DNA from: Lachnospiraceae bacterium
GTDB lineage: Bacteria > Bacillota > Clostridia > Lachnospirales > Lachnospiraceae
NCBI GenBank assembly: GCA_045543455.1
Contig: JAZQMK010000036.1
Span: 3,849-67,848 of the forward strand
DNA: 64,000 nt
Direction: 5' to 3'
The notes below the pieces were generated by a model that did no database searches, had not been told where the DNA came from, and saw nothing but the letters and a program-made list of their open reading frames with translations. Position 1 is the stretch's first letter. Each line of letters begins with the position of its first letter. A program made the position numbers and the translations under genes. This document shows positions 17,664 to 27,200 of this stretch, piece after piece.

Positions 17664-18410
17664 ATGGCAATATGTAAAGAAACAATAACAATTAAATCTA
17701 AATATCTCAATCGCGAAATATCTGTAGGCATAATTATCCCTAACCAGATAGATAAATTTTTGCTCTTACTTCATGGGCATAGTGGTTCGTTTAAGCATTT
17801 AGATGACAATTTGCCCATTTCACAGTATGCCAATGATAATAATATGATAATTGTAACTCCAAATATGAATAACGGATATTATATAAGCAAACCGGGTTAT
17901 CAGGTAAATGAGTTTTTGCTCTTAGAAACAATTCCCTTAATCTTAAATACATATGGTTTAAAAGAAGATTTACCAATGTATATTGCTGGGATATCTATGG
18001 GAGGATATGGCAGCTTGCTTATTGCCTCAACTTTTCCAGACAGATTTAAAAAGATTATTTCGGTTAGTGGGGCATTTATTGCTCATGATGTGGCAATTGG
18101 TAATCCTCAGGTTGTAGGAATGCCACATAGTAAAGAAACGTTGAAATATTTTGAGGATACATTTGCGCCATTTGATACGCTGGAAGATGATATACAGCGC
18201 AATCCTGTAGCTGCTATAATTGGTAGTGTCGGCATACCTAAACTGATTATGACCTGTGGGACTAAAGATGAATTGTATGAGAGAAATATTGATGCCATAA
18301 GAATGTTTGATAAACATTGTGTGGCATATGATTGGTTGCCTATAGATGGAGGTGTCCATGATTATAAATGTTTTGATGAAGGTCTTAGATATGCATTTAA
18401 GAAGTTATAA
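17664..18410 (+). CDS. Alpha/beta-hydrolase esterase (esterase D/S-formylglutathione-hydrolase-like)
   Basis: GISMGGYGS nucleophile elbow (GxSxG), a later D and H (GGVHDY), and LLLHGHSG near the N-terminus. ATG at 17664 preferred (GAGGTG 5 nt upstream) over TTG at 17661. Confidence 0.7.
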   Translation: MAICKETITIKSKYLNREISVGIIIPNQIDKFLLLLHGHSGSFKHLDDNLPISQYANDNNMIIVTPNMNNGYYISKPGYQVNEFLLLETIPLILNTYGLKEDLPMYIAGISMGGYGSLLIASTFPDRFKKIISVSGAFIAHDVAIGNPQVVGMPHSKETLKYFEDTFAPFDTLEDDIQRNPVAAIIGSVGIPKLIMTCGTKDELYERNIDAIRMFDKHCVAYDWLPIDGGVHDYKCFDEGLRYAFKKL

Positions 18411-18440
18411 TCATCATAATGACTAGAAAGAAGGTGCAAC

Positions 18441-19000
18441 AATGACTAACAAACTAATACTCACTTCCTATGGTTTAACAACTGAGATTGGAAGAAGATT
18501 AATTGGTGAAGAGCTTAAAGCTTATGATTTATCAGATAAAAAAATATTTTTATTTCATGAACCCCATTGCGTGTGTAAAATTGGGATTTAAGTTGGAGAA
18601 TATTATATTATCCGGTACTCAAAAAAGTAATCAGGATATATTAGAATGTGATATATGCTATTGCACAGAAGGGAATACTTTTGAAGTTTTATCGCTGATG
18701 AGAGAGCATGGTATAGATACGCTAATCAAAGAAGGCTTTAAAAAAGGAAATAAGGTGTACATAGGCTGTAGTGCAGGAGCATCTATAGCAGGTGTTAGTA
18801 TCGAGGAGATTAAAGCTTTTGACAGAAATTTTGTAAGAATGGATGATTTTACAGGCTTAGGCTTGTTTGATGGTATTATTATTCCCCACTATACAAAGGA
18901 TGAGTTGAAAAACTACATTTGCAATAATCCTGGTATAGAAGAAAAATATAAGATGATTCTTTCGGTGGCTAATGATAAAAGTTTAGTGATTGATGTTTAG
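18441..19000 (+). pseudogene. Peptidase S51 (dipeptidase E family), frameshifted
   Basis: MTNKLILTSYGL...DKKIFLFHEPH reads in one frame from 18441 and stops at about 18590. The rest (ACVKLGFKLE...YIGCSAGASIAG...IIPHY) continues in another frame. The shift lies near the CCCC run at about 18568. The 560-nt span is not a multiple of 3. Confidence 0.65.
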
Positions 19001-19024
19001 GCTAGAACCAGTTTCTAGCCTTTT
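18999..19024 (+). terminator. Rho-independent terminator
   Basis: Stem aggctagaa / ttctagcct, 5-nt loop, then TTTT. Confidence 0.7.
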
Positions 19025-19027
19025 CCA

Positions 19028-19056
19028 TTGCCTTTTTGCCCTAAATATTATATAAT
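19028..19056 (+). promoter_or_regulatory. Sigma-70-type promoter candidate for the 19129 gene
   Basis: TTGCCT (19028-19033), 17-nt spacer, TATAAT (19051-19056). Confidence 0.45.
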
Positions 19057-19128
19057 ATAAACATATTATATGCGTGAAAATAATGGCTTGGATGCCACGA
19101 AAAGTACTTTAAGAAACGGAGGAATTTT

Positions 19129-21261
19129 ATGCACAAGAGAAAATATCAATTAAAACATGTAATAAAAAGATTTGTTGCTATATATTTAATCATAACACTG
19201 TTAGCTCCAATGTTTTGTGTAACGCAAGGCAAAGAGAGTGTTAAAGCAGCCAGCCTTCCAACAGTTAACGAAGCTGAAGTGTCAAGACGTATTATGGAGC
19301 TGGCACGTATTTTTGAGGTGAATGATGGTGATTTAACAGAAGGTTCAGGCGTTCAGTTTACCGTAAATGAAAGTGGATGTTCGTCAAAGCATGCGACAAA
19401 CCGTACCTGCGATAATTGTAAGAATTCAAATGTGGTACAGTCGGCTAATTTTAAAAAGCGTTTTGGCTACACTGTTAATCCGTCAGTTTTAAGCAGACAT
19501 TATTATGAAACCGGTTCTTTGCAGTATGCCATTGGATGGACCTGTCATGGTTTTGTGTCATTTGCTTTGTGGTACATAGGAAAAGCGGATGTCAACAGTA
19601 CTGTACCAACTAAGCTTGTAGGTACTGCTGGCTTTACCTATGACAATCTTGTAAAGCTTGGAGTTAAGATAGGTGATGTAATCCGCGTTGACGGTCATTC
19701 TATGATGTTTATTGAGTTTGATGGAACTACCGGTATTAAGGTTCTTGACTGTAATGCGGTTAACAGAGTAGTTGCGGATATTTCAACGGTGAAGATTCGT
19801 ACTGCAAGATTTTCGGGCTCGGCTATGGGTGTGACAAGAATCAGTAATTTTGTGTCTGACGGAAGTGTTATTAGTGCTAATGTCAGTGAGGTAAGTTTAA
19901 ATAAGGCTAATACAACACTTGTAGGCATTGGGTCTACAACAGATTTAAATGCAACTGTAAAACCGGCTAATGCAGGCAATAAGCGTGTTACATGGACCAG
20001 TTCTAATCCATCTGTTGCAACTGTTGATGCTAATGGACTTGTGACTGCAGTTGGAATGGGCAATACGACAGTTACGGTTACCACAGAGGATGGTAATAAG
20101 ACTGCAAGTTGTAATGTTAAGGTGTCTAATGAGGCCCTTAGCGTAAGCTTAGAGGCTGATAAGACAGATATGTATTTGGAGGATACGATAAAGCTTATTG
20201 CCAAGGCAAGCGGAGGAAGTGAAAATTATACATACAGTTTTTTAATGTATAATGAAGATACCGACAGCTGGTACAGATTTTCTGATTTTAAGGAAGAAAA
20301 TATATTTTCTTGGACGGCAGCAAAGGGTGGCAACAGACAGTTCTTTGTTGAGGTTAAGGACAGTGAAGGTGATGTTGTAAGAAGTGAAGGAATTAAGACT
20401 ACAGTTGCTGATTATAAAGAGTTTAAGATAAACTTTGAGGCAGATTCCACAACCGTTACTAAAGGTGATAAGGTAAAATTTGTGGTAAATGCTTCAGGAG
20501 GAAATGGTCAGCTTGTTTATAGTTATCTTATGTATAATGATGAGACTGGAAGCTGGTATAGATTTTCGGATTTTTCAGATGCTACTGCTTTAGAGTGGAT
20601 GGCAGGCTCATGTGGTAGTAGAACCTTCTATGTGGAGGTTAAGGATGAGAAGGGTAATCTTGTCAGAAGTGAAGGAATTAAGATAACTGTGGCTGATGAG
20701 CTTACTGTTAGCTTAAATTCTAATGCAAATGGTGTTATTTTAGGCTCTAATTTAGGTTTTAGTGCCACAGCAAGTGGTGGAATTGGCGAGTATACATACA
20801 GCTTTGTAATGTATAATGAAGCAAAGGAAACCTGGTACAGATTTGATGATTTTAAGGAGCTTAATAAGCTTAGTTGGATTGCATCTACAACAGATACAAG
20901 AACATTTTATGTTGAGGTAAAAGATGGTACGGGCAAGGTTGTAAGAAGTGAAGGAATTACAGTAAATGTATTAAAAGATAGTGATTTGGAAGTGAGTTTA
21001 TCTGTAAGTGAAGATATACTTGTGGCAGGTCAGTATGTTGAATTAAATGCTTTTGTAAGTGGAGGCATACCTGAATATACATACAGCTTTTTGCTATATA
21101 ATGTAGAGAGTGGCTTCTGGCACAGATTTAGTGATTTTACAAGTCTTGATATGTTAAACTGGACAGCTACAGGAACTGGAAGAAGACAGTTTTATGTTGA
21201 AGTAAAGGATGGCACCGGAACTGTTGTAAGAAGTGCTGCTGCGACAGTGACAATTGAATAA
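19129..21261 (+). CDS. Secreted protein, third paralog: one papain-fold Cys-His domain with Cys-rich insert, 1 Big_2, 5 Y_Y_Y-like repeats
   Basis: Same architecture as 4734..8696 but with single-copy modules. Signal peptide ..FVAIYLIITLLAPMFCVTQ..VKA/AS. Motifs SGCSSKHATNRTCDNCKNS, IGWTCHGFVSFALWYIGK, GDVIRVDGHSMMFIE and KVLDCN. Five YTYSF[LV]MYN..FYVEVKD repeats. Clearly more divergent, with G/C-richer codons. Confidence 0.85.
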   Translation: MHKRKYQLKHVIKRFVAIYLIITLLAPMFCVTQGKESVKAASLPTVNEAEVSRRIMELARIFEVNDGDLTEGSGVQFTVNESGCSSKHATNRTCDNCKNSNVVQSANFKKRFGYTVNPSVLSRHYYETGSLQYAIGWTCHGFVSFALWYIGKADVNSTVPTKLVGTAGFTYDNLVKLGVKIGDVIRVDGHSMMFIEFDGTTGIKVLDCNAVNRVVADISTVKIRTARFSGSAMGVTRISNFVSDGSVISANVSEVSLNKANTTLVGIGSTTDLNATVKPANAGNKRVTWTSSNPSVATVDANGLVTAVGMGNTTVTVTTEDGNKTASCNVKVSNEALSVSLEADKTDMYLEDTIKLIAKASGGSENYTYSFLMYNEDTDSWYRFSDFKEENIFSWTAAKGGNRQFFVEVKDSEGDVVRSEGIKTTVADYKEFKINFEADSTTVTKGDKVKFVVNASGGNGQLVYSYLMYNDETGSWYRFSDFSDATALEWMAGSCGSRTFYVEVKDEKGNLVRSEGIKITVADELTVSLNSNANGVILGSNLGFSATASGGIGEYTYSFVMYNEAKETWYRFDDFKELNKLSWIASTTDTRTFYVEVKDGTGKVVRSEGITVNVLKDSDLEVSLSVSEDILVAGQYVELNAFVSGGIPEYTYSFLLYNVESGFWHRFSDFTSLDMLNWTATGTGRRQFYVEVKDGTGTVVRSAAATVTIE

Positions 21262-21455
21262 AGACGGTTTAATACTAACAAAAGCGTTTCGCTAAGGATG
21301 CGCACTCGCACGAATAAAAAATGTCACAATGCAACCGTGCTCAGCGCAGCAAAGTGGAACAAGTCCCTAATAAGTGAGGGCCTTAGGATGTATCTGAGGT
21401 CAGTATTTAAGCCGCTAAATTATTGTTTAACTAAGTAATAGAAAGGAAGGCAACT

Positions 21456-22502
21456 ATGTCTAAAAAAGAAGAAATAACTATACGTTCAAGTGCAGCGGAA
21501 TACTTAACATATGTTGCTTCCGTTGGAACTGAAGAAAATAGTGTTGAAATGAGATATGAAGACGAAAATATATGGCTGTCTCAAAAAATGATGGCAGTAC
21601 TTTATAATGTTGATGTTCGTACTATTAATTATCATATAAAAAAGATATTTAATGATAGTGAACTTCAAGAAAATTCAGTTATCCGAAAATTTCGGATAAC
21701 TGCTGAGGATGGAAAATCTTATAATACAAATCATTATTCATTAGAAATGATTATTGCCGTTGGATTTAAAGTTAATTCAGAAAGAGCAGTTCAGTTTAGA
21801 AAATGGGTAAATCAGATTGCAAAGGATTACACCATAAAAGGTTGGATTATGGATGTTGAGCGTATTAAACGTGGAACTTATCTAACTGAAAAATATTTTG
21901 ATGAACAGCTTGAACGAATACGAGAGATTAGAGCTAGTGAAAGAAAATTCTATCAAAAAATTACAGACCTTTATGCAACTGCTATTGATTATGATAGGAC
22001 AGCAATTACGACAAAACGTTTTTATGCGACAGTACAAAATAAAATGCACTATGCTGTTCATGGTCATACTGCAGCTGAATTAATTGTAGAAAGAGCAGAT
22101 CATACTAAAGAACATATGGGATTAACTACTTGGGCAGATGCACCAAATGGAAAAATTAAGAAAAGCGATGTTATAGTTGCAAAAAATTATTTATCAGAAG
22201 AGGAAATGCATCAGCTTGAACGTATGGTATCAGCATATCTTGATTTTGCGGAAAGCATGACATTACGACATATTCCATTAACAATGCAGGATTGGGAGAT
22301 AAGACTAAACAGGTTTATTGAAATGTTTGAATATGGGATATTGAATGATTCTGGTAAAGTAACTGCAGAGATTGCAAAACTTCATGCAGAAACCGAATTT
22401 GAAAAATATCGTATAATTCAGGACCAGTTATTTATGTCTGATTATGATAGATATATGCTAGAACTTGAAGAACAAGCGAAAAATATATCTGATAAAAAAT
22501 AG
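21456..22502 (+). CDS. rhuM: RhuM-family virulence-associated protein
   Basis: The block SVIRKFRITAEDGKSYNTNHYSLEMIIAVGFKVNSERAVQFRKWVNQI is characteristic of RhuM-family proteins. Size of about 348 aa is typical. Confidence 0.75.
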   Translation: MSKKEEITIRSSAAEYLTYVASVGTEENSVEMRYEDENIWLSQKMMAVLYNVDVRTINYHIKKIFNDSELQENSVIRKFRITAEDGKSYNTNHYSLEMIIAVGFKVNSERAVQFRKWVNQIAKDYTIKGWIMDVERIKRGTYLTEKYFDEQLERIREIRASERKFYQKITDLYATAIDYDRTAITTKRFYATVQNKMHYAVHGHTAAELIVERADHTKEHMGLTTWADAPNGKIKKSDVIVAKNYLSEEEMHQLERMVSAYLDFAESMTLRHIPLTMQDWEIRLNRFIEMFEYGILNDSGKVTAEIAKLHAETEFEKYRIIQDQLFMSDYDRYMLELEEQAKNISDKK

Positions 22503-22505
22503 TAT

Positions 22506-22760
22506 AGTACGCCTAATTAATGACGTTGTCAATGGTATGCTACCATACTTAAATAACGCACAAATTGAAAGATTACAGGCAGTGATGCAACACGAACTTT
22601 TCGATTATGAAGTTACAGAGAGTGAAAAAAAGACACTTCTTCGAAGAAGGATTTAATGGAGTTTTTCCTGTGGGCTAAGCGCGTGGAAGGGTGTTCTGAG
22701 AATTCCTTAAAATATTACCAGTCTTCTTTTCTTGGCTTGAAGATGAGGATTACATTTTGA
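22506..22760 (+). pseudogene. Tyrosine recombinase/integrase remnant (N-terminal SAM-like region only, frameshifted and truncated)
   Basis: ...MLPYLNNAQIERLQAVMQHELFDYEV.ESEKK, then after a frame change at an A-run FLWAKRVEGCSENSLKYYQSS. That is the conserved AKRVEGCS..TLKYYQ N-terminal motif of Clostridial phage-type integrases. There is no catalytic RHRY domain; reading stops at about 22760. Confidence 0.6.
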
Positions 22761-22778
22761 AAGTAATAAAAAGATGAT

Positions 22779-22940
22779 TCTCCATATTTGTTACCCAAGT
22801 GTGCAGAAGGGGAAGCGAAACACATCTAAAAATCTAGGCGTTATTGTAGAATATTTTTCAAATCTACGGAGATGCACGCTGGAGTATATTAGAGTATCAT
22901 TATCTAATACCAAACGTTTATACCCCTCTATCTTGCTTTT
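22779..22940 (+). pseudogene. Displaced 3' remnant of a tatD gene
   Basis: DSPYLLPK in one frame, then KGKRNTSKNLGVIVEYFSNLR...EYIR in another. This parallels ETDSPYLIPAGVKGKRNTSANLSIVVEKFADLRGESTDYIR of the intact tatD (17447-17620). Roughly 70% nt identity by eye. No upstream tatD body. Confidence 0.7.
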
Positions 22941-22989
22941 TTTCTCATTGTGCGATATAATTCAATAAAAAAACTTTAGGAGAATATAA

Positions 22990-24159
22990 ATGAAACGACT
23001 AAAACAAACTTTAATTATATTTTTTTCCTTAGCTCTATTTGTTGCAGTGGGCTGTAAGGGAAATAACAGTAATCAGGCGGAAATCAAAACTACTACTAAT
23101 GAAACTACTTCTGCAAAGGGGGAGAATGATAAGAAAGACGAGCATGCATATGAGACTTATGTTACATTAGGTGACTACAAAGGCATCGAAATAAGCGTTG
23201 ACAAGTCTAAGTATGTTGTTACAGATGCTGAATTTAAGAAGGAATATGATAATATTATTTCGGCTTATGGAAGCATTAATAAAAAGACAGAAGGCACTGT
23301 TAAAAGCGGTGATACAGTTAATATGGATTACACAGGCCTTCTTGATGGTGTAGCTTTTGAGGGCGGAACTGCAAAAGGCGCTTCATATGTTGTAGGTTCA
23401 GGGCAGTTTATTTCAGATCTTGATAATGGTCTAAAAGGTATTACAATAGGTAAGGAAGTAGATATACCGTGTACATTTCCAACTAACTACCATAGTGCAG
23501 ATTTAGCAGGCAAGTCTGTAATCTTTAGGGTAAAGGTTAATTATGTGGAAGAAAAGGTGACACCTGTTGAAAATGATGAGCTTGCTGCAAAAATTGCCAA
23601 GGAAAATGAGCTTACAGATAAGTTTAATACTATTGAAGGTATGAAAACATATCTAAGAGAGCTTATGGAGGAGCAAAAAGAAAAAGAATTAAATATGGCA
23701 AAATTTGAAGCGGCATTTGAAAAGATTCTTAAGAATTGTACAATTAAAGATGTGCCAAAGGATGAATATGATGAAGCAATAAGCAATATAAAAACCAGTA
23801 TAGATAATGAATATAAAATGTATCAGGCATATATGGGTTATACCTGGGAACAGTATTTACAGGCTAACAATATGACTCAGGACAGTTATGAAAAATATTG
23901 TGATGAAAGTGCTAAAGAATATGTTAACACAAAGATGGTAATTACTCTTATAGGTTCAAATGAAGGCTTTACGGTAACTCAAGAAGAAGTTGATGAGCTT
24001 TTGAAGTTGTATGCTGAGCAATATGGTTATAAATCGGCAGAAGAGTTGATGTCTAGTATTCCAGATGAAGATAAGGAAAAATATAAAGCCGAAAAAGAGT
24101 ATGAAGTAATGTATAACGAAGTTGTAGAGTTAATAGTAGCAAATTGTAAAGAAGTATAG
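22990..24159 (+). CDS. Lipoprotein with trigger-factor-like FKBP-type PPIase and C-terminal chaperone domain
   Basis: Lipobox LFVAVGC after a signal sequence. FKBP/trigger-factor PPIase block GDTVNMDYTGLLDGVAFEGGTAKGASYVVGSGQFISDLDNGLKG...VIFRVKVNYV. Helical, trigger-factor-like C-terminal region. Confidence 0.75.
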   Translation: MKRLKQTLIIFFSLALFVAVGCKGNNSNQAEIKTTTNETTSAKGENDKKDEHAYETYVTLGDYKGIEISVDKSKYVVTDAEFKKEYDNIISAYGSINKKTEGTVKSGDTVNMDYTGLLDGVAFEGGTAKGASYVVGSGQFISDLDNGLKGITIGKEVDIPCTFPTNYHSADLAGKSVIFRVKVNYVEEKVTPVENDELAAKIAKENELTDKFNTIEGMKTYLRELMEEQKEKELNMAKFEAAFEKILKNCTIKDVPKDEYDEAISNIKTSIDNEYKMYQAYMGYTWEQYLQANNMTQDSYEKYCDESAKEYVNTKMVITLIGSNEGFTVTQEEVDELLKLYAEQYGYKSAEELMSSIPDEDKEKYKAEKEYEVMYNEVVELIVANCKEV

Positions 24160-24170
24160 AAATAACAAGT

Positions 24171-24200
24171 GCCCCTTTAAGATTGTGTTCTTAAAGGGGC
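24171..24200. terminator. Bidirectional terminator between convergent genes
   Basis: 11-bp stem gcccctttaag / cttaaaggggc, 8-nt loop, with AT-rich flanks on both sides. Confidence 0.75.
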
Positions 24201-24229
24201 ATATATTATTTATATAAATATAATTTTGC

Positions 24230-27200
24230 TTAGTTTAAATTTTTCTGTGCAGTTGATAACATCAGCTTGATTCTGTTTAACTGGTTAACTTCACTTGCAC
24301 CAGGGTCGTAGTCTACGGCAATGATATTTGCTTCAGGGAATTCGAGGCGAAGTTCCTTGATTACACCTTTACCTACGATGTGGTTTGGAAGGCAGGCAAA
24401 TGGTTGGCAACATACGATGTTTCCGGCACCCATATGGATAAGTTCAATCATTTCTCCAGTTAAGAGCCAGCCTTCACCGGTCTGGTTACCAAGGGAAACA
24501 ATCTTTTGAGCTAATTTAGCAGTTTCCTTGATAGAAGAAGGTGGTGTGAAACGTTTGCTCTTAGCAAGTGCCTTCTTTGAAGATGAGCGGAACCATTCAA
24601 GTATATTGATTACTGTGTTGTTGATAAATGCGCTCTTCTTTGAAAGTCCTAAATTCTTTGCCTTGAAGTTGGCATTTTCGGCACAGTAGAGTAAGAAGCC
24701 CATAAGGTCAGGCATTACAGCTTCAGCGCCTTCTGCTTCCAAAAGGTCAACTAAGTAGTTATTTGCTGATGGAAGGAATTTAACAAGGATTTCACCAACT
24801 ATACCTACACGAGGTTTTTTAATATCTAAAAGCTCAATGTTGTCAAAGTCGTTTATAATTGCTTTGACATTTTTGTTGTATTCTGAAAGGCTAACCTTAG
24901 GTTTTGTAAGCTGTTCGATACATACCTTTTTCCATTTTTCATGGAGGGCATTAACTGAACCTTTAACTGCTTCGTAAGGCCTTGTACGATATACAACATT
25001 CATAAATACATCGCCGTATACTAAAGCCATCATTGCTTTCTTTAAGATTGCAAGATTTGGTTTGAAGCCTGAGTTTGTCTCAATACCACTGGCATTTAAG
25101 GAGATTACAGGAATCTCTGGAAGACCGGCTTTATTAAGGGCACGTCTGATAAATCCAATATAGTTAGATGCACGGCATCCGCCACCGGTCTGTGTGATGA
25201 TTACGGCTGTTTTGCTTAAATCATATTTGCCGGAAAGGATGGCTTCCATAATCTGACCAACTACGATAAGAGATGGATAGCAGGCATCGTTGTTAACGTA
25301 TTTAAGACCAACATCAAGTGACTTTTTGTTGTCGTTGTCGAGGACAACGATGTTGTAACCACAGGATTTTAAGGCAGGTCCTAAAAGGTCAAAATGTATT
25401 GGTGACATCTGAGGGCAGAGGATTGTATAATCCTTTCGCATGTCTTCAGTGAACTCAATTCGCTTGTAAGCAGCTGATTCAATGTGACGCTTGTATGAAT
25501 TTAATTCTCTTACCTTAAGGGCAGAGATTAATGAACGTATACGAATTCTTGCGGCACCAAGGTTATTAACCTCGTCAATTTTTAATACTGTATAAATCTT
25601 ACCTGCACTTGATAAAATATCGTTAACTGAATCTGTGGTAACAGCATCAAGACCACAGCCAAATGAGTTAAGCTGAATTAAATCAAGGTTTTCCTGTGTT
25701 TTAACAAAGCTTGCTGCGGCATATAATCTTGAGTGATACATCCACTGGTCCATAACGATAAGAGGACGTTCAACTTCACCAAGATGAGAGATTGAATCTT
25801 CTGTAAGTACTGCAAGGCCATATGATGTAATAAGCTCTGGAATACCGTGGTTGATTTCGGAATCAATATGATATGGACGGCCTGCAAGGACAATACCACG
25901 CTTACCTGTTTCCTTAAGGTACTGTAAAGTCTTTTCCCCTTCCTTCATAATATCCTCACGGGATTTGATAAGCTCAGCCCAAGCTTCTTTTGCAGCTTCT
26001 TTTATCTCTTTTGCAGGGATTGCCTGTTTAAATTCTTCTACAAGACGATTTGTAAGGATTGATTCGTTTTCAAATGAGAAGAATGGATTTTCAAAGCGTA
26101 CATTTTCGGTTTTGATTTCTTCTACGTTATTTTTAATGTTTTCTGCATATGATGTAACAATAGGGCAGTTGTAGTGATTGTTTGCATTTTCTACTTCGTT
26201 ACGCTCGTAAGGAATACATGGGTAGAAAATGTATTTAACGCCCTGGCGGATTAACCATGATACGTGACCATGGGCTAATTTTGCAGGATAACATTCTGAT
26301 TCACTTGGAATTGATTCAATACCAAGCTCATATATTTTACGGTTTGACTCAGGAGAGAGTACTACGCTGTATCCAAGCTTTGTAAAGAAGGTATACCAGA
26401 ATGGATAGTTCTCATACATGTTAAGCACACGTGGAATACCTACAACTCCTCTAGGAGCTTTATCCAGTGTAAGAGGCTCATAAGAGAATAATCGCTTATT
26501 CTTGTACTCGAAAAGGTTAGGAATATTTTCTTTGTTCTTTTCTTTACCTATACCTCTTTCACAACGGTTACCTGTTATGTACTGACGGCCACCTGAGAAA
26601 CGGTTAATTGTTAAGTGGCAGTTGTTTGTACATCCTTTACAACGTGTCATTTTTGTATCATATGTTAAATCATTGATTTTTTCGATGGAAAGCATAGAAG
26701 TGTCAGACACACCGTCATATCTTTCGCGTGCGATAAGTGCGGCACCAAAAGCACCCATAATACCTGCGATGTCAGGTCTTACAGCTTCACAACCGGAAAT
26801 GATTTCGAAGCTTCTAAGTACAGCATCATTGTAGAAGGTACCACCCTGAACTACGATATGTGTACCAAGGTCTTTTGGGTCTGTAATTTTGATAACCTTA
26901 TATAATGCATTTTTAATAACTGAATAAGCAAGACCTGCTGAAATATCAGCAACAGTAGCACCTTCCTTTTGAGCCTGCTTAACCTTTGAATTCATAAATA
27001 CAGTACAACGTGTACCAAGGTCAATTGGATTAGGGGCAAAAAGCGCTGCCTTTGCAAAGTCTACAATGCTATAGTTAAGGGATTTGGCAAATGTTTCAAT
27101 AAATGAACCACAACCTGAAGAACATGCTTCGTTAAGCTGTACACTGTCAACGGTGTTGTTCTTGATTTTGATACATTTCATATCCTGACCACCGATATCG

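Larger units (their letters stand above)
17447..22940 (+). mobile_element. Decayed integrative island inserted in the 3' end of tatD (boundaries approximate)
   Basis: The tatD 3' coding sequence occurs twice: intact at 17447-17620 and as a frameshifted remnant at 22779-22940. A truncated tyrosine-integrase remnant lies directly left of the remnant. rhuM is present. The 19129-21455 stretch looks richer in G+C than its neighbours. Confidence 0.45.

Noticed and set aside
22502-22515. 14-nt identity agtatagtacgcct between 22502-22515 (rhuM/integrase junction) and 59231-59244 (inside zapA). I considered it as a possible att-like or recombination site.
   Set aside because: A single 14-mer match is expected by chance in 64 kb of AT-rich DNA on two strands. 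The flanks do not align, and the zapA copy is ordinary coding sequence.
17447-22940. Possibility that the island is an intact prophage or ICE.
   Set aside because: There are no capsid, tail, terminase, relaxase or T4SS genes, and the integrase is a stub. Only about 5.5 kb of cargo remains, so it is called a decayed island only.
22465-22968. ORF-track entries 22465..22656 and 22774..22968 as intact small genes.
   Set aside because: Their sequences are fragments of an integrase N-terminus and a tatD C-terminus, interrupted by frameshifts. They are reported as pseudogene remnants instead.
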